Positions 52,958 through 64,000 of a stretch of DNA of 64,000 bases are shown piece after piece; position 1 is the stretch's first letter; each line of letters opens with the position of its first letter. Location: assembly GCA_951406725.2 (NCBI GenBank), contig OX597821.1, positions 12,896,001-12,960,000 of the forward strand. The letters are read 5' to 3'. A model generated the notes under the pieces. It saw nothing but the letters and a program-made list of their open reading frames with translations, was not told the DNA's origin and made no database searches. This DNA comes from Octopus vulgaris (lineage: Eukaryota). The position numbers and the translations under genes were made by a program.

Positions 52958-54946
52958 TACAAGGTAAATGTTTTTTAAATTTTCTCCTGGTTTACGGAAT
53001 TAATTTTTATTTGCGGTTGAAGCTTTGGCTGTTATTTCTAGTGGGTGAATGGCCTATTATGGCCGTTCCTTGATTGTTGATGTTGAACTTAAAAATGGTC
53101 TATGACTATTTAATTTTTTCCCACTAGGCCGCTGGTGGCAAAAGAATTCTACAAAATTTTTTTTGCCACCCTATATTGATTAATTATATATATATATATA
53201 TATCCTGGATATAACACCACAAGAAAGTCTATTCGGTTAGGTTCGCATACTACGTGAAGAATATCAAAATAATCACAAAATTAACCTCTACAGATCGCTA
53301 TATACAATGTCATAGACATTAGTTAGACCAAATGTACGGGACGAACGCATGTAACGCTTTGATGACAAATATATTGTTGTTGTTGTTAGTTGGCCCGAAG
53401 TTAACCCTCATAGACCATACTTAATATCAAGGACAATCTAACCAAAGCTACCGCGATTTTCTTCTGTGCAGGAACTCAGAACCACTGTTGTTACGCTTTT
53501 TATGGAAATGAAGTATTGTAGTGAAGGTACATTTGCTGCTAATGCCTTCTGTGCAGAGAGTCCGGTATACCATGGCATAATCACGCACTTACAGGCAAAC
53601 CACACATGTCCTTGCAGCATCTACAATTGCTTGTCCAAGACAAGATCGCGTTTTCTACAACGGCATATCTAAGATTTCTTGACGTGTAAAGGTGCGCCCG
53701 TTTTTTATAAGGAGCATTTTCCCGCAGTTTCAATTTTGTATTCATTTTTTATAAAATTTTATTATTTTTGTTGGAGCTGTAGTTTAGACTGAACACTGGT
53801 AGAATTGTTAGCACGCCGAACAAAATACTTAGCGGAATTTTTTCCGTCTTTGCATTCTGGGTTCAAATTCCGCCCAGGTTGAATGTACTTTTCACTTTTC
53901 AGGGTCAATAACATAAGCATCAGCTGTGCTCTCTGGTCACTGACATTCACCTACTTCTCCCCTAAAATATCTGGTCCTGTGCCAGGTGACCAGCACTTAC
54001 AGTAAGAGAGATTACACACGCAAATTCACATGTAAAATATGTATTTAAAACATTTATACATACATTTATGAATGGATGTTGTTTTCACAGCGATAATGCT
54101 CTTTTCAATACATGAGTCGTTCCAGTTACACGATTTTTTGCACTTATTATTATTGCTGTTGTTGTTGTTGCTGCTGCTGCTGCTGCTGTTGTTGTTGTTG
54201 TTGTTGTTGTTGCCGTTTTCGTCGTTGTCCTCCTCCTCCTCATCATCATCATTTGTTATTATTGTTATGATTAGTATTATTAATAGTATTCAAAGTAGTT
54301 ATTGGCTTTTAGTGAACGTTGTTTGTTGATGCTACCCCATTAATTACTCGTAGCATAACACCTGACTGCGTGAATAAAATTATCATTCTACATATATCTG
54401 CTTTGACTCGTAACAGCAAGAACCATGCGCTACCTCAAACACCAACATGAGCATCAACATCAAAAACAACAAAAACAACAAAAGCAACGACCTCTTATAA
54501 CCTATTTGCTAACAAAACATAGATTTGAAAAGCGACAAATGAACAAACGTAGATATGGCAGGAAAACGGGGATTAATTATAGCAGTGGACTGCATACTAC
54601 TCCTATTATTGTTTACACATACGGTCATGTTTATCATCGGCCATTTCGCAATAACAAACGACATATAACACACTATTGCACAGAGAAAATCTGTCTTGAT
54701 TCTGCAAATTCTTTATAGCTTTTACAGATCTCCTTTATTCTGAAATGCTGCGTTAATTTGAGACATCACGTTTTTGGGATATGTATGTACGTACATACGT
54801 ATGTATGTATATATATATATATTTTGTTTCTTTCGCCATCTGATATCAATCATCGAAGTAAATTGCGACAGATTTCTGCAACATGGCGCACTAGAACAAC
54901 TGACAAATAGACATTTGTGCGTGTGTATGTGTATGTGTATACATGT

Positions 54947-54982
<36 letters not shown>

Positions 54983-55059
54983 GTGTGTGTGTGTGTGTAT
55001 GCACGTGAGTATATAGATATATAAATGTATAGATGTATGTTTTATACATATGTATAAGC

Positions 55060-55124
<65 letters not shown>

Positions 55125-56063
55125 TATCTACGCCTGGATTAATCAGAATTTATAAATATGTACGAGTGCTCACACGTGTGTTTGCGTGAGTGCTCGCGTG
55201 CACGAGTATGTGTGTGTGTGTGTGCTTTGTGTCACTCATTTGCAATTAGTGTTCCTGCGTTAATGAAGCTACTTTCCCATCTGTCCTGATTTACTCAGAA
55301 AGATTAAGCTTCACGGAAAATGTTCCTAAATAGGGAGCCGAAATTAATATTCCATCCCTTGATTGCACGCTTAAATATCTTTCAATGTACACACTCATTA
55401 TACTTAATGTGAAGATGTATGTTTTATACATATGTATAAACATATATACCGTCATTTGATGACATACTATGATATCAGTGCAGAGTTATTTCATACATAT
55501 TCTCAACATTACTAAGAAAAGTGTTGCTATATGGCCAGTTATATTAGTGATAATATTGTATGCTAGAAATACAGTACGTTAAAATGTAGGTTATCTTTCT
55601 CATATCTTTTATTTTTGATCAGATATAGTGCTTTAATCTGCAGCTGTGGTAATGAAGGATTTCTGAGAAAGTCAACCTCGTCATTAGATAGATATACCAG
55701 GAGACTCTGCCTTATTTATTGTTGGGTAGAGTGCTCGTTATATTTACCTTTACCCATAATATAAAGAAATCTTGACACATAGGCCGAAAAACATGACAAG
55801 CAAGCCAATTATCGCACACGTGTTTCTTGTCAACAAGACACGCAAAGATTAATAACTGACCGAAGATATATCACAAAATTACCAAAGGATGCTGTTTTTT
55901 GAAGAATTTTACGTGATTTTTTTCTCTGCGTTTCATCCAGTTATTTTCAATATCATCGCGCGCATATTCACACACACACGTGCGCGCGGTGACAGAAATA
56001 CGCACACAGGTACACGTACATATATATTCATGATAGTATTGGCATTATTTTTTATTATAGATG

Positions 56064-56312
56064 AAGGCGGCGAGCTGCCAGAAACGTTAGCACGCCGGGC
56101 GAAATGCGTAACCGTATTTCGTCTGCCGCAACGTTCTGAGTTCAAATTCCGCCGAGGTCGTCTTTGCCTTTCATTCTTTCGGGGTCGATTAAATAAGTAC
56201 CAGTTATGCACTGGGGTCGATATAATCGACTTAATTCCTTTGTCTGTCCTTGTTTGTCCTCTCTGTGTTTAGCTCCTTGTGGGTAGTAAAGAAATAGGTA
56301 CTTCGTCTGTCT
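56064..56312 (+). mobile_element. Full-length SINE family A with the start of a second unit
   Basis: Matches 16264-16494; ends AAAGAAATA-GGTACTTCGTCTG. Confidence 0.88.
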
Positions 56313-57232
56313 GGATGATACTCACCAGAATATGTGCAGCAAAGACATATACTTTCCTTTGCACTGGAAGAAATACTACCAAGGGAACAAAAAGGATGCA
56401 GGAAGGATTCTCAGAGTACCAAGGAACATCTGGTCATTGATAAAACAGTTTTGTGGCATTGTAAAATAAAACCAAAAAAAAAAAATCATACAATCATGTC
56501 TATGGCTTGGATTGACTTAATGAAGTCATACATGATGCCTCATTCTTGGATCATTGAATGCCTGCAGATGTTTGGTGTTGCTGACAATATCACAAATTTT
56601 CTGATGCAAAGCATGAAAGGGTGGAAAACCAAATTGTACTCCACGTATTTCTCCGTTACTGCTTATAATTTGAATAATACCCATAACAATGACACTTAGG
56701 AAAGAGAGGATGGGTCGCAAATGTGGAAAGAAAGGCCCTTCATTGAACCGTCTACTGTTTATGGATGACCTAAAATTGTTTGAGAAATCCGAAAACCAGA
56801 TAGATTCCTTAACAGACCAGAAGTGTGGTAGGGATATCTGTATGGAATTTGGAATTACCAAGTTCTCGGTACTTAATATGAGAAGAGGGAAGCGAGCAGC
56901 CTGAAGAGGATTGCGGTTACCACCAGAAGAGACCATGTGTTAACCCGATAGTAGAGGGTATAGATATTTAGGAATTTTGTAGCTTGATGACATTCTACAC
57001 GGGGAATGAAAGTCACAGTCAGCGAGGCGTATCAAAAAGGGGAGGAGATGGTGTTGAAATCCAACCTGAATCCCAAGAATTTGATTTCTACAATGAATAT
57101 CTGGGCAGTTGCGGAGTTCAGATATAGTGCGTCCATCCTGAAATGGACTAAGGAGGAAATATCAACACTGGATAGAAGGACGAGGAAGTTGATAACGCTG
57201 CATGGGGCGCTACATCCTAAAACAAACGTATT
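56313..57232 (+). pseudogene. Decayed R4/Dong-like RT relic (different family)
   Basis: [63 protein letters not shown]. Confidence 0.8.
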
Positions 57233-57454
57233 ACTAAAGCCTGCGGTGCATTTTTATCTACACTGTGTTACGAAGGAATATTAATAATACTTTATATTAT
57301 AAGCACAGGGTCAAATATTTCGAGTTGGGGGATAGTCTATTACATCGAGCCACAGCGTTTCACTGGAATGTAATCTATCGATCTCGAAAGGACGAAATGT
57401 AAAGAACGTAGCGCAGACGAGATACCGCTAATGATTCTGCTAGCTCGCCACTTC

Positions 57455-57509
57455 ATAATAATAATAATAATAAAATATAATAATAATAATAATGATAATA
57501 ATAATGATG

Positions 57510-57588
<79 letters not shown>

Positions 57589-57606
57589 TAATAATAATAA
57601 TAATAA
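57455..57606. repeat. (TAA)n, left flank of Dong copy 2
   Basis: Direct reading. Confidence 0.95.
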
Positions 57607-60600
57607 TGTTTTTGGAAACTAAAAGGAAAACTAAATCAGTATACCAAATCGCTTGTCCTATGGTTAATCTGGAAGCGCGTCCCCCAGGGAAGAACCAGCC
57701 TGGGATCGAAAAGTCATCAACTGGCACAAACTCTTCTCCGTATACGGACATGGATGGTTACTTGAACGGGAAATCCCCCAACTCGAGCCCTCCAAGTTCA
57801 CCACCACAACCACCACAGAAAGAAAAATGTAAGCGGAACAAATGGACCCGAGAAGAGTATAAAGAAGTAATATACGCTTATTACTATGCATTAGGTAGGC
57901 CATCTCAAGAGAGACACACCGCAAACTCTTACAGTATATGGAGAACACGGAATCAAGACAGTAGGCCCTATTTGGACGAGAACAAATTAGCAAATGTGAG
58001 GAGGGATATCCTTAGAAATAACAGACTCACAGACAGTGAAATAAGCGCGATCAAGCACGCAACGGAAAATGACATAAATATAAGACACAAAGGAAATGAA
58101 GAATCAGATGAACAGTATAGCCCGCCCCGAGGCTTAATTGAAAGACTGCCATCTGACCAAAGTACGCAAAGGTCTGAAGATACAAGAAATTCTATTGTAC
58201 CTGTTAAAGATGGCCAGGAAAATGATAAACCAACAGTAACGGAAGATCTCGCATTTGCTGAAGAACACAGAGAGTCTATGGCAGAAATGAGGCAGAAAAT
58301 CCTGAATACGCTTGAAGTTGTAAGACATACAAGTATGAATGATAGAGAACCACTTCATAAACTCTCAAATACAAACCAAAATAAAAAACAAATCCAAATT
58401 GGCAACTATGTAACAAATGAAATAATACAAGAATTAAAACCTGATTTTACTGAGTTAAATGAAATTATTTACGCTTCTGCTAGGGCAATTGAAACCAGCT
58501 GTATGCCCCCGAAGAAACAAAGAAAACCAAACCTGGGAAGAAATCAAACCTGGAGAAGTAAAATTGAAAAAGAGATTGAATTTATGAGAGGGGAAATATC
58601 AGTATTAAATGAACTAATATGTGGAAATGATGTAAGATCCAGAACAGGAAGAAAGATGAAGAGAAAATTTGGATCCTCACCAAGAGAAGAACTGATATCA
58701 ATAAAAGAAACGCTGAAACAAAAAGTCCAAGCAAAAGCCCAAAGAATACGAAGATTTGAGAAGAGAAACAAGTTTTACAAGCAAAATAAGCTGTTCACAT
58801 CCAATGCCAAAAAATTCTACAGAGAAATAGGGAAGGAGAAAGTAACCGTTAAAGACCCCTCTCCCATGGAAGAAGTTCAAAACTTTTGGAAAAGGATTTG
58901 GAGTGACAAGAAGACGTACAACATAAATGCAGACTGGATTATACAAACTGAAGGATCCTACCAAAATTTACAACAACAAGCATGGGAAGACATCACAATA
59001 GCAGACCTAAGAAAGGCACTCACGAAGGCCCATAATTGGAAATCCCCCGGTAAAGATAGGGTGCCGAATTTCTGGCTCGCATCGCTCCCATGCGCACACG
59101 GTAAGCTAGTTCAGCTGCTCAATGGAATTATGAGAGACCCAAAGAAAACACCTGAATGGTTAGCAAGTGGTATTACTTACCTACTCCCAAAGAATAACGA
59201 AACCAACCTTCCAAAAAACTATCGGCCTATAACCTGTCTATCCACCACGTATAAAATCCTAACATCTATCCTGGCGGAGAAAACATATGCATTCATGGAG
59301 AAGAACGATATTTTCCCCATTGTACAAAAAGTGTGCCGCCGAGGCTCTTACGGATGCAAAGATCAACTGCTAATTAATCGTATGATCCTTGAGAACTGTC
59401 ACAACAAGCGCAGAAATCTCAGCTCCGCATGAATTGACTATAAAAAGGCCTTCGACAGTATACCGCATCCATGGATCTTGAGATCGCTGGACATCTTCAA
59501 AATTTCCCCTGTGATTTCAAACTTCCTGATGCACAATATGTCTTTGTCGAATACGAATCTCCAATTATACCAGTCTAATGGAGTACTCGCCTCAGAAAAT
59601 ATAAACATTAACTGTGGAATTTTTCAAGGTGACTCACTTTCACCTTTAATATTCTGCATAGCCCTAATACCCCTTACAAGTGAATTAAACAGAACAGGGT
59701 ATGGGTATAAAATTGCCAATAAAAAAATAAGCCATCTATTTTATATGGATGACTTAAAACTCTATGGTAAAGACAATAATGAACTTGAAGGCCTATTGCG
59801 CACTGTGAAAGCATTTAGCGATGACATCAGGATGGAGTTTGGACTTGAGAAGTGTGCCAAGGCCACTTTCCAGAAAGGGAAAGTGAAGACAACGAATTCA
59901 GTCGTGTTAGATGTTGACACAGTCATAAGAGAGCTTGAGCAAGAACAAACATACAAATATTTAGGGATTAATGAAGGCTCTGGTATTCAGCATGCAAGCA
60001 TGAATGAGAAGATCAGGAAGGAATGTTATAGGAGAGTTCGTGCAGTCCTGAAATCTGAACTAAATGCACGTAACAAGGTGTTAGCTATAAATTCCTTAGC
60101 AGTTCCAGTTGTTACTTATAGCTACAATGTGTTGAACTGGAATATGAGTGAAGTAAAAATATAGATAGGAAAATACGCAAGCTGCTGAGTTGTAATAGGA
60201 TGCACCACCCAAAGGCAGACGTAGATCGCCTTTACCTTCCCAGAGCTCAAGAAGGTCGAGGCCTGATCCAATTTGAACTAGCTTACAAAACAACCACAAT
60301 TGGACTGGCCAAATATCTCAAATGACTGGATGCTAAAGCTCATGGAAAATCACGAGAGACGAAAGAAGCTTCATTCTATCATAAAGGAAAGCAAAAAATT
60401 TGCTATTGATCTCCTGCAGGATACCCAAACTGAACAACCCGAGGGAAGTACGGCAACTATCGTTGCAAAGAAGGTAAAAGTAATGGCAACGAAAAAAGCG
60501 CACGAGCAATTGGCTGATAGGTGAGAGGAGAAACCTCTGCACGGCAAATATGTGGCCCACAGCAAACAAGCTGATGTTGGCCAGAAGCAAACCCATCAGT

Positions 60601-61467
60601 GGCTACGGAGCTCAGGGCTAAAAGCAGAGAGCGAAGGTTTCATCCTGGCTGCTCAAGATCAAAGCCTATTAACCCGGAACTACCAGGCCAATGTGATGAA
60701 AAATGGAGCAGACCGAAAATGCCGATTCTGCAACGACATGATTGAAACAGTGGACCACCTAATCTCTGGATGTAAAGTCTTAGCACCAGTGGAGTATAAA
60801 TTAAGACATGACAGAGTTGGCCAATATCTACACTGGCTAATAAGTCGGCATTACGATATCAAAACTGCCGACAAGTGGTATAACCATCACCCTGAGGCTG
60901 TAACTGAAGGAGAAAATGTAACGATTCTGTGGGACTTTCCAGTACATACAGACCGAACCATCAAGGCCAATAAACCAGATATTGTTGTGAAAGACCAAAA
61001 CAATAAAGTTTGCTTATTGATCGACATGAGCATCCCCTGTGATCATAATATCTCAGCGAAAGAGTTTGACAAGCTCAGAAAATATAAAGACTTACTCATT
61101 GAAATTGAGAAAATGTGGCATCTCAAGGCGGTTACAATACCAGTGATCGTAGGAGCACTAGGAATGATCAAGAAGGGAACCGAAAATTATATGAGAATGA
61201 TCCCTGGCTTACCATCCCTGCAAGAAGTGCAAAAGATTGTCTTAACTGGTACATCACACGTATTGAGAAGAGCATTGTCGATGTGAGAACTGTTGCTGCT
61301 CATGTATTTTAATTTAACTTAAAAAAAAAAAAAAAATTTTAAATGAACGAACTATTGAGTTTGGTTTAATGGCCTACCAATGTATACTATGAGTTTCTTT
61401 GCCCTAGGAGTCGGGAAGACACTCGGCAAGAAATGGAAGCAAATTTGAAAGAAGAAAAAAAAAAAAA
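57607..61467 (+). mobile_element. Dong/R4-clade RLE retrotransposon, apparently full-length
   Basis: Near-identical to 16993-20287 with ~580 bp extra 5' sequence; (TAA)n on both sides. Confidence 0.93.
57660..61286 (+). pseudogene. Single ORF: N-terminal domain + RT + CCHC + RLE, disrupted
   Basis: RNKWTREEYKEVIYAYY N-terminus, YMDD, CRFC..HLISGC, KPDIVV; TGG>TGA at 59430 and 60522, indels near 60158 and 60318; start codon tentative. Confidence 0.92.
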
Positions 61468-61478
61468 TAATAATAATA

Positions 61479-61537
<59 letters not shown>

Positions 61538-63150
61538 GCGCAGAAATAATGAATGGATGGATAGAAGAATGTTTGGGTGGATGACTATTTCTCTCAAAGA
61601 TAACGATTCTGCTCTTTGCTGAACTGAATTAACTTTTTGTTGAAAGAAACTTAATGAAATCCTCGGTCTAAATCAGAGTCACGCAGTGTTTAATATGGCT
61701 GTATCGTTTTATTACAGATAGAATCCCATGGTTTTCCATACAGTTTTCGTCAACCTAATATCATTCACGATGTGAGAACGGATCCAAATGTTTGACTTGC
61801 CGAATATGCTAAGCAGCAGAACTGAACCAAGGACTTTCTAGTTTCGAAACGATCTATTTAAGCTTTCAACACTATGTGTGTGTATGTATTTCTCAGTAAC
61901 AAACTATAGTAGTCCATAATTAACTTTATTGAGTTATCTTATTACATAAGACATTATTATTATTACATAAGTTATCTTTTTCCTGGTCAAAAATGTTTTC
62001 AACAAATCTTTATATAAATTCAGAAACAATTGAATTAACAACATAAGAGGAAAATAGTGAAAAGATAACAGAAAAAGTTAGCATTTGATATCCGATAAAA
62101 GAAAATATAACTTAACTTTTCGAAAATTGTACCGATATGACGAGGCTATGACTATATATATAAATATATAGATATCCTATATCCAGATGTATTTCGTCTT
62201 GCAATGTAAATCAGTCCACATATCTGTATTGGGGGTCGAACTAAACAGATTCATTTGCATTATAATCGCTGAAGTGAAATAGATATACTAGCTAATATAT
62301 CTCTTGGCATTTCATGCACAAGTTAGTTCTGAATTCTGCGACATTTCTTCTTAAAATTATAATTCTACGCGAACAACATCGCTTTGATGAAGATTTGGTA
62401 TATCTGCATGCAAAACTATGGTTTTCTAAACAGACAAAAATAAATCCGTTAGATCCATTCTTGTGTCACCGATGGATGGAAATGAAATCAACACTGAATT
62501 TGCTACAGCGGTGTGTGTGCAAGTGCATGTGAATAGAGTAGAGATAAATGGAGAGTGGGAGAGAAAGAGAAAGAGAGGAAAAGAGAGAGGGGAAGACAGA
62601 CGGACGGACAGACAGAGGGGGAGGGAGAGATCAGGGTATGAGAAAGTAAGAGAGATTGATTCTATGTTCAGAAGAAAGCGATGGATACGGAGAGCGAGTT
62701 GCCAGTGATTGACATAGATAGATAGAGAGTCTGAGGAATAGACAGGAAGAAAACGAGACAGATATAGAAATGTCTTATGCAATAATAATATATATTGATT
62801 TTCAATTTAACACATAGAAAAATATTTAAAACAATATCTTTAGAATTGCTCATATTTGCAGACACTAAATATATGTTTCTACAGGATTGAAGATTCATTT
62901 GGTGTTTTCGCTGACGTCTTGCAATCTCGCTGCCTCATAAATTATTTGATACGTAAATTGATAAAATGAACTTGATGAAAATGAAATAGAATAAATAAAA
63001 TAAACAACAAACTACACAGCGCAAAAGAATTTTTAAATATCAAAAATAAAAGCATAAATATACGCCGTGAGGGTGTGAAGTTAATTTCAACACAGTAAAG
63101 ATTATATTTTATACTTACATACATGTGTGTGTGGGTGTATGGGTAGATTG

Positions 63151-63183
<33 letters not shown>

Positions 63184-63197
63184 CACCGATATTTATT

Positions 63198-63237
<40 letters not shown>

Positions 63238-63422
63238 TTATACATACTTGCACAAACACACACATACATGGAAGTAGACATATATATCGCACGTAAATAC
63301 ATATTTAATCAAAGGCATCACTGCAAATATCAATATTTAAACACGCATCATGCATATAGGTAATGCGGAATGATATACCCACATGTATACATTGTTGCAT
63401 AGATACTGATATTGGAATAGGA

Positions 63423-63493
<71 letters not shown>

Positions 63494-64000
63494 CATACAT
63501 GCACATGTTAACTGACTTTATGTACGTATATGTTTATATATGTATATTCGAAAAATGTGTGTATTTATTAACAAAATAATTTTTAATGTCATACTATATC
63601 GTATCATATTAACCGTTTCTATTAATGTATTTGCTTATTAAATGGATATGAATGAAACCGAACCAATGTATATTTACTGTTAAAACACAGGATCCATCAA
63701 CTCAAAACATCCAAGGACGAAGCATAGAGCAGATCTCTTGACGTGCTAGAAATAGCAACCAAATCTTCCTTAGATGTATTCCTACTGTCCTTTAAAAAAA
63801 GAAATATACACACAGAGAAGCTAACATAGTCTTCCTACATACTCTGAGTTTCAATAAAAGAAGGCAAGATTTCTCTCGAATGCTTTTGATTTAAGGTTTG
63901 TGAATCAGGTACGACCGAGGACTAAATAACAAAAGAAACATCAACAACAACTCTAAATATATTTTCGTTTTCTTTCTGGGAGACTTCAGTAGACATCTGG

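Larger units (their letters stand above)
51770..53187 (+). mobile_element. Tandem array (~2.9 x 491/493 bp) of hammerhead-containing units, candidate retrozyme, in (TA)n
   Basis: Units start at 51771, 52262, 52755 and differ at only a few positions; one complete HHR per unit; (TA)n on both flanks. Confidence 0.88.

Noticed and set aside
51770-53187. CRISPR-like or plain satellite interpretation of the tandem array
   Set aside because: No unique spacers and a eukaryotic context; the units are whole 491-493 bp duplicates, each with an HHR

Overview
AT-rich, microsatellite-saturated eukaryotic intergenic or intronic DNA. The SINE families and repeat landscape suggest an octopus (cephalopod) genome, which is an inference. 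I could not support any host protein-coding exon; most ORFs in the track are translations of simple repeats or antisense to retroelements. Recognisable content: a near full-length Tx1/L1-type LINE in (GATA)n (3425-9556, -); two near-identical Dong/R4-type RLE retrotransposons in (TAA)n (16993-20287 5'-truncated, 57607-61467 apparently full-length) plus two older relics; two Penelope-like elements (PLEs) with C-terminal GIY-YIG endonuclease next to (TA)n (20983-23538 with a 600-bp inverted pLTR, and 40443-41140); an old RTE-type LINE; several tRNA-derived SINE families; and Helitron, Helentron-type, Tc1/mariner and hAT remnants. The striking feature is a dense set of hammerhead ribozymes (HHR), about ten motifs read by eye. 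The best is a ~2.9-copy tandem array of a 491/493-bp non-coding unit (51770-53187). Each unit carries a complete type I HHR and long G-U-rich helices, so this is a candidate retrozyme that would release a structured ~492-nt (circular) RNA. Also present are a tRNA-headed SINE with an HHR tail that was split by a Dong insertion, and HHRs with atypical cores (G3-C8 swap; CUGUUGA). All folds were paired by hand and none was computed or tested.
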